Shown here one piece after another: positions 27,545 through 36,826 of a stretch of DNA of 64,000 nt. The DNA lies in assembly GCA_021325025.1 (NCBI GenBank), contig JAJPHZ010000004.1:2927-66926 (forward strand). Reading direction: 5' to 3'. A model generated the notes under the pieces. That model saw only the letters and a program-made list of their open reading frames with translations. It was not told the origin of the DNA and ran no database searches. Numbering within the stretch: position 1 is the stretch's first letter; every line of letters starts with the position of its first letter. The position numbers and the translations under genes are program-made. This DNA comes from Pseudomonadota bacterium (GTDB lineage Bacteria; Desulfobacterota; Binatia; Binatales; Binataceae).

Positions 27545-28336
27545 TTATCTTCCCGGGAACCGCGGCGGACGCTTCTCGGCCATCGCGCGGCGCGCCTCCC
27601 TGAAGTCCTCGGTCGCGTTCTGCTTGATAGCATCCTGGCAACTGGCCTGGTACGCGGCGGCGAAGTCGGTGCTGAGGTCGCGATAGACCGCGCGCTTGGC
27701 CTGCGCGGCGGCGGTCGGCGCGCAGTTGTGGGCGATGTCGCGGGCGAACTCGCGCGTCACCGCCATCAGTTGGTCGGCCGCCACCACGCGATTGACCAAG
27801 CCCATCGCCAGCGCCTCCTGCGGCGGCAACAGGCGACCGCTGACCGCGATATCGACTGCGCGCGCCACCCCCACCATCCGCGACAGCAGCCATCCCGCTC
27901 CCTGCTCCAGCGCCAGCCCCGTTTTGGAAAACAGCGCCCCGTAGCGGGCATCGTCGGCCAGAAAGCGGAAGTCGAAGAACAGCGTCATGGTAAAGCCCAT
28001 GAACACGCACGCGCCGTTAATCGCGCCGATGATCGGGGTGCCGATGCGGTGCATGTATTCGAAATTGTCGTGGATTTCGCTGTAGCCGCGCGACTCGCCC
28101 GAGCGCGCCGCCTTGTTGGCCTGCGCGCCCAGCTTGACGTCGAACCCCGAACAGAACGCGCGGCCCGCACCGGTCACGATAATCGCGCCCACCTCGCGGT
28201 CGGCGTCGGCTTTGTGCAGTGCCGTCTTCAACTCAAGTCCGAGCGTGGGGGTGTAGGCGTTGAGTGCCTGAGGGCGGTTGAAAGTGATGGTGACAACCCG
28301 GTCGGACTTGTCATAGATGATCTCGGTGAACTCCAT
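27545..28336 (-). CDS. Enoyl-CoA hydratase/isomerase (crotonase) family protein
   Basis: 263-aa ORF. VTITFNRPQALNAY...IIVTGAGRAFCSGFDV...PIIGAINGACV. Confidence 0.9.
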   Translation of the reverse strand: MEFTEIIYDKSDRVVTITFNRPQALNAYTPTLGLELKTALHKADADREVGAIIVTGAGRAFCSGFDVKLGAQANKAARSGESRGYSEIHDNFEYMHRIGTPIIGAINGACVFMGFTMTLFFDFRFLADDARYGALFSKTGLALEQGAGWLLSRMVGVARAVDIAVSGRLLPPQEALAMGLVNRVVAADQLMAVTREFARDIAHNCAPTAAAQAKRAVYRDLSTDFAAAYQASCQDAIKQNATEDFREARRAMAEKRPPRFPGR

Positions 28337-28432
28337 GGCCTCCTCCTGGCGGACCGCCCAATTCTAAGCATCGGGCGCATCCCCGTGTCCAGCGTCGCCT
28401 GAACGTCTGTTCTGATCCGTCTCCTGATCCTA

Positions 28433-28454
28433 TATTGGACGCGTATTGGACGCG
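28433..28454. promoter_or_regulatory. Perfect tandem 11-mer TATTGGACGCG x2 in the enoyl-CoA hydratase/amidohydrolase divergent spacer
   Basis: Read directly from the sequence. It is preceded by CTGATCC-N5-CTGATCC. Confidence 0.4.
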
Positions 28455-28534
28455 GTCTGCGTGTTTGACTTGGGCTCATGCGGATTTGCATGTTAGCCTA
28501 TCAAGCCGAGGTTGACTGGGAGGGTAGCACCGCG

Positions 28535-29713
28535 ATGCCATACGCCGAAGGCCGAATCTACAACGACGCCGACAGCCACATCATGGAAACCTTCGACTGG
28601 TTGGTCAGTTACGCCGACCCCAAAGTCCGCGCGCGGATAAAGCCGATGAGCGTGCAGATGGCGGGCGGCAAGGCAACTGCCGAGCTGGTGGCGGCGCTGC
28701 CCGGCATTATCGAGCGGCGCAAGCGCGACCCCGAGGCGATGGCGCGCGCGGAGGCCAAAATCCTGGAGCGCAAGAGCTGGCATGCGCTGGGCGGCTTCGA
28801 TCCTGCCGAACGCAAGCGCGCGCTGGACCTGCTCGGATACAACCGCCAACTGGTGTTCACCGGCTGCGCGCCCTCGCAGTTCTGGGGCTATGGCGGTATC
28901 AACGACACCGACCCCGAAGTGCTCTATGGCGGCGCGCGCGCCCACAATCGCGCGATCGCGGATTTCTGCTCGCATGACAAGCGCCTGCTGGCGGTCGGGT
29001 TCGTGCCGCTGGACGTACCCGAGTTGGCCGAGCGCGAGATCGCCGAAGCAATCAAACTTGGGTGCGCGGCGATTTGGGTGCCGGCGATGCCACCGCCAAC
29101 CATGTCCCCCACCCATCCCGACATGGATCGCGTATGGGCGCGGCTGCAGGATGAGGACGTTCCCTTCGTGCTGCATCTGGGCGGCGGACCGCTGTTCCTG
29201 CGCGAGGGCTTTCGCAAGAACGGCAAGAAGATCGAAGCCGGTCCGCTGGGCGGTCCCGACGAAATCCGCGCCAAGGATTACATGGTGATGCATTACCCGG
29301 CCGAGGCGTTCCTGTCCGCGATGGTGCTCGACGGGGTGCTGGAAAAGTTCCCGCGTCTGCGCGGGGGCGTGGTCGAGCAGGGCGCGCTGTGGGTGGTGCC
29401 CTGGCTCAAGAAGCTCGACATCGCGCAGGCCGCCTTTGTGCGCTTCGAATCCTATCTGAACCTGCCGCTGAAGGCTTCGGAGTACGTCCATCGCCAGCTT
29501 AAGTTCACGCCCCTGCCGCCCGAGCCGGTAGGATGGCTGATCGAGCAGGCCGGCCCCGAATTGTTCCTGTTCTCGACCGACTTTCCCCATCCCGAAGGTG
29601 GACGCGATCCGCTCAAGCGCTTCGCCAGCGCGCTGCAAGACATCGACGAGGACGCCAAGGATCGCTTTTACGCACGCAACTTCGTCGAGCTAATCGGCTC
29701 GCGCGCTGCGTAA
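28535..29713 (+). CDS. Amidohydrolase-2 (ACMSD-like metal-dependent hydrolase) family protein, paralogue A
   Basis: ORF 28478..29713. Start is MPYAEGRIYNDADSHIMET (ATG at 28535). C-terminus FSTDFPHPEG. Clear paralogue of 55951..57135. Confidence 0.75.
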   Translation: MPYAEGRIYNDADSHIMETFDWLVSYADPKVRARIKPMSVQMAGGKATAELVAALPGIIERRKRDPEAMARAEAKILERKSWHALGGFDPAERKRALDLLGYNRQLVFTGCAPSQFWGYGGINDTDPEVLYGGARAHNRAIADFCSHDKRLLAVGFVPLDVPELAEREIAEAIKLGCAAIWVPAMPPPTMSPTHPDMDRVWARLQDEDVPFVLHLGGGPLFLREGFRKNGKKIEAGPLGGPDEIRAKDYMVMHYPAEAFLSAMVLDGVLEKFPRLRGGVVEQGALWVVPWLKKLDIAQAAFVRFESYLNLPLKASEYVHRQLKFTPLPPEPVGWLIEQAGPELFLFSTDFPHPEGGRDPLKRFASALQDIDEDAKDRFYARNFVELIGSRAA

Positions 29714-29823
29714 GAATTAGCCGAGCGAAATGGTATCGACCGCCTCTCCCACATTTGAGCTGTGGCAGAGGCGCTTTTTGGCGATGGCGGGGAGCATCAG
29801 GAAGAAGCTGCACCCCGAGCTGG

Positions 29824-31038
29824 TCAAAAAACGGGACTGCGCATCCGCGAGGGGCGCACCCGCATCCGCGCGGAACTGAACAACCTGACCGGCTTGGGTA
29901 CGACGATTTGAAGCTGCTCGAACCCGGCGACGGTCTCTTGCTCCAATTTAATGTGCAGCGTCCGCTCGATCTGACCGAGCAGCGCCCGCTCCTCGGGCGT
30001 CACCAGACTTAGCGCCTGGCCCGATTTGCCCATCCGCGCCGTTCGACCGATGCGATGGACGTAGCTTTCGACCGCTTCGGGCAAGTCGTAGTTGATAACG
30101 TGTGAAACGTCGGGAATATCCAGGCCCCGGGCTGCCACGTCGGTGGCGACCAGCACGCGGTAGGTTGCGGCGCGAAAGCCGGCCAAGGCCGCGTTGCGCT
30201 GCCCTTGGGTGCGCTCGCCATGGATCACGATCGCCTTGATGCCGCCGCGCACCAGCAGCTTACCCACGCGGTCGGCGCGCTCCCGGGTGCGGGTGAAGAC
30301 GATCGCGCTGGTCACCTCGGGGCGTTGCACCAGTTCAAGCAGCATCCTGCCCTTGTTGTCGTTGGTCACCGGACAGACCACCTGGCGGATGGTCTCGGGG
30401 GGTGCCGAAATCTCGCTGACGGCGCCTTCGACACGGGCGGGATCGGTCAGAAACTCGCGCGCGATGCGCTGGACTCCGGCCGCCATCGTGGCCGAGAACA
30501 TCAGGGTCTGCCGGGCGCGCGGCACCCTGTGCATGATGTGCCGCAACTGGGGCAGAAAACCCATGTCCAGCAACCGGTCGGCCTCGTCGATCACGGCAAT
30601 CGCGATGCGGTCGAGCTGCACCGTGCCGCGCTCGATATGGTCGATGAGGCGCCCGGGGCATGCGATCAGCACCTGCGCGCCGTGGCGCAGCTTGCGCAAC
30701 TGGCGCTCCATCGACTCGCCCCCCACCACCACCGCGGCACAAAGGCGCGTATGGCGCGCCAACAACTCGAATTCCCGCCCGATTTGCGCCGCCAACTCAC
30801 GGGTCGGGGCGAGCACGATTGCGCTCAGATGGACCGCGCGTTCGCGATGGAGGCGGTCGATAAGCGGCAACAGGAACGCGCCGGTCTTGCCGCTGCCGGT
30901 CTGTGCGGTCGCGATCAGATCGCGTCCGGCCATGATTTGCGGAATAGCGTCCGTCTGAATCGGGGTCGCTTCCTGGTACCCGCGCTCGCGTACTGCGCGT
31001 AGGACTTCAGAACTGAGATCGAAAATGGAAAAGGACAA
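29824..31038 (-). CDS. DEAD-box ATP-dependent RNA helicase (RhlE-like)
   Basis: 404-aa ORF. Q-motif TPIQ, AQTGSGKT, VIDEADRLLDMGF, SAT, HRIGRTAR. Confidence 0.9.
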   Translation of the reverse strand: MSFSIFDLSSEVLRAVRERGYQEATPIQTDAIPQIMAGRDLIATAQTGSGKTGAFLLPLIDRLHRERAVHLSAIVLAPTRELAAQIGREFELLARHTRLCAAVVVGGESMERQLRKLRHGAQVLIACPGRLIDHIERGTVQLDRIAIAVIDEADRLLDMGFLPQLRHIMHRVPRARQTLMFSATMAAGVQRIAREFLTDPARVEGAVSEISAPPETIRQVVCPVTNDNKGRMLLELVQRPEVTSAIVFTRTRERADRVGKLLVRGGIKAIVIHGERTQGQRNAALAGFRAATYRVLVATDVAARGLDIPDVSHVINYDLPEAVESYVHRIGRTARMGKSGQALSLVTPEERALLGQIERTLHIKLEQETVAGFEQLQIVVPKPVRLFSSARMRVRPSRMRSPVF

Positions 31039-31376
31039 ATAATCTCCAGGGGTAAACAGCCGCCCCGCACGGCGTGGATAAGAACCGGTGACGGTGATCG
31101 TCGGGGTGCGCGATATTGACCCCGCGCGCCATCAACCTGTTGGGGCGGCCCGTGTTGAACACACCTATAGGATAGGCGCCCTCGCCCCACGGTTCAACCC
31201 CGCCTGCTGCGCATCTGACGGTGGTGGAGCATGCAAGCACCTCCTTGCCCTGCCCTGTCGGCCAGGCTGCGATTTTGGCGCCGAGGGCAGTCTCTCGATC
31301 CGATGTTTCCAAAACTTGCTGTAGGCCTTGACATGAAACCGGCCTTTGATGTAGGAGAGCATTTCAAATAAAGTTT

Positions 31377-31407
31377 TCATTTAAAGTCATTAATTCACTT
31401 TAAATGA
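31377..31407. promoter_or_regulatory. Perfect 11-bp inverted repeat TCATTTAAAGT-N9-ACTTTAAATGA in an AT-rich island
   Basis: Read directly from the sequence. It lies ~105 nt upstream of the DUF1302 gene start and ~340 nt upstream of the divergent DEAD-box helicase start. Confidence 0.4.
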
Positions 31408-31510
31408 TAGGCCGGCCTCCAGAAAAGTGTGGAGCAGGGAGCGAGCTTGGCGGAGCGCCTTGGCTGTCCGGCGGGCGCCCGCCCGGGAAGAACCAAAGCG
31501 GAGGAACCAA

Positions 31511-33409
31511 ATGGACAGACGACTTTCAGGGCTGCGGAGGAAGTGGCGGAATCGTCCGGCGTGGCACCGGCCCGCCGCAACAGTGGCGCTGGCGGCGCTC
31601 CTGGTCGCCTTGAGCACCGCGCTTTGCGCCGCTCAGGACCAGGGCGCGGCGGCGGGTGCGCCGGCCTCCAGCGAGCCCGCCTTCATCAAGAATCTTCACA
31701 TCACGGGGTTCTTGCAGAACACCACCTCGACGTGGGTTAACTCCAGTGCCATCGAGTACAACAAACCCACCTACCTCAACTTCGGCCCCGCGGGGCCCTT
31801 TAATACTACGGGCCAGCTCAACCGCAACTCGCTGGCGGCCGAGCGTCAACTGCTGCAGGTCGACGTCAACGACGATTTCACCGAAAACGACAGCATGTTC
31901 ATGCGCCTGTGGTTTGTCTACGAACCCAGCTATCCGTGGGAGACCGCCTGTTCCTGGCAGATGGGCAATCTCCCCGGCGCGCCGTTTGGCTTCAGCGAAA
32001 CCGGCCAGGCGCCTTCCACCCATTGCAACTCCGACTTCTACAACCAGTACGGCATCCGCGAGCTGTGGTTCAAGCATCGCTGGGGTCCGCTGCAGTTCTT
32101 CGTCGGCCGCCAGATCGTAACCTGGGGTGAGTCGCTGGCTTTCCGCGTCGGCGACCAGATCAATCCGCAGGACACGAGCTGGGCCTTCGGCTTCTCCAAC
32201 CTGGAGCAGTCGCGCATTCCGCTGTGGATGATTCATCCGATCCTCAACCTGCCCAGCGCAGGGCCGTTCAGCTCCAACTTTGCCGAACTGGTCTACATTC
32301 CGGGCTTCGACTTCCTGTACACCGACGTGGACTATTCCAACGACCAGTATGACGGGATGAACAACATCGCCGGCCGCGTCAACGTCAACGCCGCCAGTCC
32401 GGGTGGCCGCTTTGGTGTGCGCTTGGACAGCAGAGGAATCGACTCGGTGTTTACGGCCCCTCCCTTCTTCATGTTGCAGTTGGGCGCGCCGGGCTGCCCG
32501 AACCCGGCAGGCTGCCTGTACCTCAGCGCGGGGCGCAACGTGCAGCAGGTAATTCCCAGCGCCACGTGGGGCAATTCGCAGATCGGTTTCCGGCTGCACA
32601 CCCTGGTGGAGAACGCCGAGGTCACTGCCTTTTACCTGTGGAACCACGACTACAGTTCGGTGGCCCGGATCAGAAACGATGCTGCTTTCAACCTCGTGCT
32701 TGCCGAGGGACCTGGGCTGCCCGGCTTCAGCCTGCGCCGGGTCGACTCCTTCTACCCGCAGTACCAGGCGGTGGGCTTCACGGTGAACCGGCCGATCTAT
32801 CTGCCGGGAGCGCTGGCCCAGCTGCCCTTCGTCATCCGGGCCGAGACGCTGTATAAGAACCATGATGCGTTCAACACCCTGGCCGTTCCGGGGACGATTT
32901 TCTCCATCCTGCGTTCGCCGTTGACGGGCGGCGGAATCGGGCTGCCCAACTGGTCGCCCGATGGCACGACGCGCTCGGACACCATATCGTGGCTGTTCGC
33001 TTTGGACCTCGATTCAGCCTACACGCCGTGGCTGACGACGACGGGTAACCTGACGGCCAACTACGAGCTGATGGACACCACCATCCTGAGCTACAGCCAT
33101 CTGATGCAGGGTGCGAGCGGCTTCTTCTCGCGCGCCTATCACAACAACGTGCAGATGCTGTTCAGCATCGGCACCAGTTGGTGGTGGGGTGCGATTTCGC
33201 CCAACTGGACCACGATTTATGCTCCTGAAGGACTGACCTTCCTGTCCTTCCCGAGCATCCAGCTGACCCCGCCGTGGACCAACAAGTACTTCATGAAACT
33301 GGAGTGGGTCGACGTGCAGGGTACCGACCAGTTCGGACTCAATGGCGGCGTGTTCAAGGGCAAGGACATGATCTTTGCCCAGTTCCAGTACAACTTCTCG
33401 CTGCTGTGA
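31511..33409 (+). CDS. DUF1302 family outer-membrane protein (predicted beta-barrel)
   Basis: ORF 31427..33409. ATG at 31511 with GGAGGA upstream. Signal peptide ending ALCAAQD. IRELWFKHRWGPLQFFVGRQIVTWGESLAFRVGDQINPQD...EQSRIPLWM matches the DUF1302 signature as I recall it. Aromatic C-terminus QYNFSLL. Confidence 0.65.
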   Translation: MDRRLSGLRRKWRNRPAWHRPAATVALAALLVALSTALCAAQDQGAAAGAPASSEPAFIKNLHITGFLQNTTSTWVNSSAIEYNKPTYLNFGPAGPFNTTGQLNRNSLAAERQLLQVDVNDDFTENDSMFMRLWFVYEPSYPWETACSWQMGNLPGAPFGFSETGQAPSTHCNSDFYNQYGIRELWFKHRWGPLQFFVGRQIVTWGESLAFRVGDQINPQDTSWAFGFSNLEQSRIPLWMIHPILNLPSAGPFSSNFAELVYIPGFDFLYTDVDYSNDQYDGMNNIAGRVNVNAASPGGRFGVRLDSRGIDSVFTAPPFFMLQLGAPGCPNPAGCLYLSAGRNVQQVIPSATWGNSQIGFRLHTLVENAEVTAFYLWNHDYSSVARIRNDAAFNLVLAEGPGLPGFSLRRVDSFYPQYQAVGFTVNRPIYLPGALAQLPFVIRAETLYKNHDAFNTLAVPGTIFSILRSPLTGGGIGLPNWSPDGTTRSDTISWLFALDLDSAYTPWLTTTGNLTANYELMDTTILSYSHLMQGASGFFSRAYHNNVQMLFSIGTSWWWGAISPNWTTIYAPEGLTFLSFPSIQLTPPWTNKYFMKLEWVDVQGTDQFGLNGGVFKGKDMIFAQFQYNFSLL

Positions 33410-33565
33410 AGCTCGCGCGTTAGGTGCTTTACCCCGCTTAAACGCGCCGACGGCCGGGCGGCCTTACCCCCCGCCCGGCTGTCACCTCTCAATGTGCTGG
33501 AGCACCCCCGCGGCCGGGATGTGGGCATTGCCCGGCCCGTTTCTCACCGTCGCTTGACTTTGCTC

Positions 33566-33578
33566 AATCGTTTCGATT
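33566..33578. promoter_or_regulatory. Palindrome AATCG-TTT-CGATT next to a TTGACT hexamer, upstream of a TetR gene (candidate autoregulatory operator)
   Basis: TTGACT at 33554-33559. The palindrome lies 26-38 nt before the TTG start of the regulator. Confidence 0.3.
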
Positions 33579-33603
33579 TTAGTTCCCATCGGGGTGACGG
33601 GAA

Positions 33604-34260
33604 TTGGCGACGGCTGCTGACGGAGAGAGAAGGGGTGCCCACGACAAACGCCAGCGTTTGCTGGAGGCAGCAGGCGAGGTTTTTGCCCAGCGCGGGTTCA
33701 AGGCCGCCACGATTCAGGAAATCTCGCAGCGCGCCAATGCCAACATCGCGGCCGTAAACTACCACTTCCGCGACAAGGAAAGCCTCTACCGCGAGGTCTT
33801 CCGCTACGCGATGGAGCAATCGCGCGAGCGCTACCTCGCCTACCCGATGGACGAGTCCGAGCGGCGTCCGGCACAGCGCCTCAAGCTTGAGCTGCGCCGT
33901 TACCTCTACGTCATGTTTTCCCGTGACCAGGCGCCCTGGCAGGCCATGATGTTTTTCCGCGAGATGATCGAGCCCAGCGACGTGTTCGATTCGCTGGTCA
34001 CCGACTTCCTCGCCCCCTACCAGCAATACATCGAAGGCCTGATACGGGAAGTGCTCGGCCCTCAAACCGACAAGCGTATCGTTCGCTTCTCCGCGTTTGC
34101 CGCCATCTCGTTGTGCGGCTCTTTCCACACCACCCGCAAGTACATCGAGACGCTCTATCCCGATGAGCGGTTTGTCGCCAATGCCACCGACGACCTCGCC
34201 GACCTTATCACCCGCTTCGTGCTCGGCGGCATGCGCGCCCTGAAGCTTCCCGCCAAATAG
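33604..34260 (+). CDS. TetR/AcrR family transcriptional regulator
   Basis: 218-aa ORF (TTG start). HTH region RLLEAAGEVFAQRGFKAATIQEISQRANANIAAVNYHFRDKESLY. Confidence 0.85.
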   Translation: MATAADGERRGAHDKRQRLLEAAGEVFAQRGFKAATIQEISQRANANIAAVNYHFRDKESLYREVFRYAMEQSRERYLAYPMDESERRPAQRLKLELRRYLYVMFSRDQAPWQAMMFFREMIEPSDVFDSLVTDFLAPYQQYIEGLIREVLGPQTDKRIVRFSAFAAISLCGSFHTTRKYIETLYPDERFVANATDDLADLITRFVLGGMRALKLPAK

Positions 34261-34378
34261 CCGCCCGACGCACATCCGCATCCGCAATCGGCGCGCTGTG
34301 CGATCGGGCAGGGTTGATCTGCGCACCGCCGTGATCTTGTCATAGCTAAGCGACGTCTGTTGGTCCGGAGGTGTAAGC

Positions 34379-36643
34379 ATGCCGCGGCGCCCGATGCCGA
34401 TCTCCCGCTGGTGGATGCAGGGGGCAATTCTCACCTACCTGCTCGGCTTCTGCATCCTGGGAATCCTCGCCTACCTGGGCTACCAGGAACAGCCCCCGAT
34501 ACCGGCGCGCACAATGGATGCCAGCGGCGAGACGTTGATGACCCGCGCCGACATCCTGGACGGGATGAACATCTTCGAGCGCTACGGCGTGATGGAGTAC
34601 GGAACGATATACGGCCACGGCGCCTACCTGGGTCCCGATTTCACCGCCGACTATCTGCATCGCGCGGCGCAGTTTCTGCTCCAGCGCTATTTTCACACCG
34701 GCGGCGCCGACTCGGCCGCCGCCCGCGTCATCGCCGAACTGCACTCGAACACCTACGACGCCGCCACCGGCACGCTGCAATGGAGCGACGCGCGTGCCGA
34801 CGCCCACCGGATGCTGCTTACCTACTATCGGCAGATGTTTTCCGCCGCCCATCCAGCCGAAGGCCTTCAGGCCCACCTCATTCCGAGTACGGATGAAATC
34901 GGCAAGATGGTGGATTTCTTCGCCTGGACGGCCTGGACCGCAACGGCGAATCGGCCCGGCCACTCCTATTCTTTCACCAACAACTGGCCGCCCGAGCCGC
35001 TGGCCGGCAACCAGGTAACCGCCGACGCGGTGACCTGGAGCGTCATCTCAATTCTGTTTTTGCTCGGCGGCACCGGTTTGGTGTTGTTCTTTTTCGGCCG
35101 CTACGACTGGCTGGGATGGACCGAGGAGCGCCGCCCGTTGCGCTTTTTGCCAGTGGAGGATTTCGCCCCGACTCCGGCGCAGCGCACCGTGGTGTGGTTC
35201 CTGCTGATCTGCTCGCTGCTTTTCCTGATTCAAACGCTGGTGGGAGGAATGGTAGCGCACTATCGGGCCGAGCCGGCCAATTTCTTCGGCCTCGACGTCT
35301 CCCGCCTGCTGCCCTACAACGTGGTGCGCACCTGGCACGTACAACTGGCCATCTTCTGGGTCGCCACATCCTTTCTCGCCACCGGCATCTTCATAGCGCC
35401 GCTCATCAGCGGAGGTGAGCCGCGCGGCCAGCGCGCACTGACCATCATCCTGCTGGTCGCACTGACGACCGTGGTGTTTGGCAGCCTGGCTGGCGAATAC
35501 GCCAGCATCCGCGGATGGCTCCGTCGCGGATGGTTCTGGATCGGGGACCAAGGCTTCGAGTACCTCGATCTGGGCCGGCTGTGGCAGATCGGGCTGATTG
35601 CAGGCCTGGGACTGTGGGTGTTCATCCTGTGGCGCGGGCTTAAGGGCGCGCTGAACGCCGAGCGTCACGGCAACCTGCCCTGGATGCTGTTTTATGCGGC
35701 CCTGGCGATTCCCGCCTTTTACGCCGCCGGCTTAATGGTGAATCCGCACAGCGGGTTTGCGATCACCGACTTCTGGCGCTTTTGGGTGGTGCATCTGTGG
35801 GTCGAGGATTTCCTGGAACTGTTCACCACCGTGATCGTCGCCTACCTGTTCGTGTTGCTGGGGATGGTAGCGGAGCGCACGGCGCTGCGCGTGATCTATC
35901 TGGACATCATTCTGTACTCGATGGGCGGGGTGGTCGGCACGATGCATCATCTGTATTTCAGCGGGCTGCCCGCCGCGCACCTGGCGTTGGGCGCGGCCTT
36001 CTCCGCCATGGAGGTGATTCCGCTGCTGATGCTGACGCTGGAGGCGTGGGCCTTTGTGCGCTCGGGCGGACAGGCCACGATGGGCGCCAGCCATCCGCAT
36101 CGATGGGCGGTATGGTTTTTGGTCGCAACCGGCTTCTGGAACTTCCTGGGGGCGGGTGTCTTCGGTTTCCTGATCAATCTGCCCGTGGTCAGCTATTACG
36201 AAATCGGCACCGGGCTGACCGCCAATCACGCCCATACCTCGATGATGGGCGTGTACGGGATGCTGGCGGTGGGTCTGCTGTTGTTCTGTTTGCGCTACCT
36301 GATGCGCCCGCAGGCATGGAGCGAGCGCGCCGCACAAGCTTCTTTCTTGTCGCTCAACGTTGGGCTTGCCTGGATGGCGTTCTGCAACCTGTTTCCGGTG
36401 GGAATCGTGCAGTTATACGACGCCGTCGGCACCGGCTACTGGCACGCGCGTGCGCCGCAATTCCTGATGACGCCGTGGGTACATCTGTTGGAATGGCTGC
36501 GTCTGCCGGGCGATGTCCTGTTTATCGCCGGTGGCGCGCTTCCCCTGCTCTACCTGTGCGTTCTGGCCGTGCTCAATCCCAATCCGCGCCGTGCCGTCCA
36601 CGCCGGACCGGCGCGCCTGTTCACGGTCGAGCGCGCCGCCTGA
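34379..36643 (+). CDS. norZ: Quinol-dependent nitric oxide reductase (qNOR, NorZ/large NorB)
   Basis: 754-aa ORF. N-terminal TM plus periplasmic extension with YGHGAYLGPDFTADYLHR, followed by a 12+ TM haem-copper-oxidase-like core with conserved His clusters (HLWVE, MHHLYF). Confidence 0.9.
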   Translation: MPRRPMPISRWWMQGAILTYLLGFCILGILAYLGYQEQPPIPARTMDASGETLMTRADILDGMNIFERYGVMEYGTIYGHGAYLGPDFTADYLHRAAQFLLQRYFHTGGADSAAARVIAELHSNTYDAATGTLQWSDARADAHRMLLTYYRQMFSAAHPAEGLQAHLIPSTDEIGKMVDFFAWTAWTATANRPGHSYSFTNNWPPEPLAGNQVTADAVTWSVISILFLLGGTGLVLFFFGRYDWLGWTEERRPLRFLPVEDFAPTPAQRTVVWFLLICSLLFLIQTLVGGMVAHYRAEPANFFGLDVSRLLPYNVVRTWHVQLAIFWVATSFLATGIFIAPLISGGEPRGQRALTIILLVALTTVVFGSLAGEYASIRGWLRRGWFWIGDQGFEYLDLGRLWQIGLIAGLGLWVFILWRGLKGALNAERHGNLPWMLFYAALAIPAFYAAGLMVNPHSGFAITDFWRFWVVHLWVEDFLELFTTVIVAYLFVLLGMVAERTALRVIYLDIILYSMGGVVGTMHHLYFSGLPAAHLALGAAFSAMEVIPLLMLTLEAWAFVRSGGQATMGASHPHRWAVWFLVATGFWNFLGAGVFGFLINLPVVSYYEIGTGLTANHAHTSMMGVYGMLAVGLLLFCLRYLMRPQAWSERAAQASFLSLNVGLAWMAFCNLFPVGIVQLYDAVGTGYWHARAPQFLMTPWVHLLEWLRLPGDVLFIAGGALPLLYLCVLAVLNPNPRRAVHAGPARLFTVERAA

Positions 36644-36826
36644 GGTTGTACGCGCAGTCCAAATCGGTTCACGGCGGGTTAGGGCCGGCCTTTGGTAGGT
36701 AAAAATTTCTGACTTCGCGCCCCGCGCCCGTTGCTTAAGCCCGCCGATTAGCCGACTTTTCAAGCCTTTTCTGCGGCGCTCTCCGGCGCGGCAGTTGCAC
36801 GGTTCAGGCGCGGAGGAGCAGAGCCA

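Noticed and set aside
28493-29638. 381-aa minus-strand ORF and its look-alike 55927..57201(-), which resemble each other and could be mistaken for a conserved gene pair.
   Set aside because: They are mirror images of the two paralogous amidohydrolase genes on the plus strand. Their similarity is a by-product of that paralogy, and their sequences are low-complexity.
31165-31380. 71-aa minus-strand ORF starting in the AT-rich island (MKTLFEMLSYIKGRFHVKAY...).
   Set aside because: No SD. The second half is Arg/Pro/Ala-rich read-through of GC-rich spacer. It more likely reflects a chance ATG in promoter DNA.
33453-33479. GC-rich stem-loops without U-tracts after genes. Examples: GCCGGGCGG-N9-CCGCCCGGC at 33453-33479, GCGCGAT-tgta-ATCGCGC at 22765-22782, and GTGCGGCA-N24-TGCCGCAC at 49109-49148.
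   Set aside because: They are plausible transcript-end structures, but they lack a T-tract and are common by chance in GC-rich DNA, so they are not listed as confident terminators.
34313-34326. TTGATCTGCGCACC upstream of norZ as a possible FNR/NnrR/Dnr box.
   Set aside because: Only the TTGAT half-site is present and the ATCAA half is missing.
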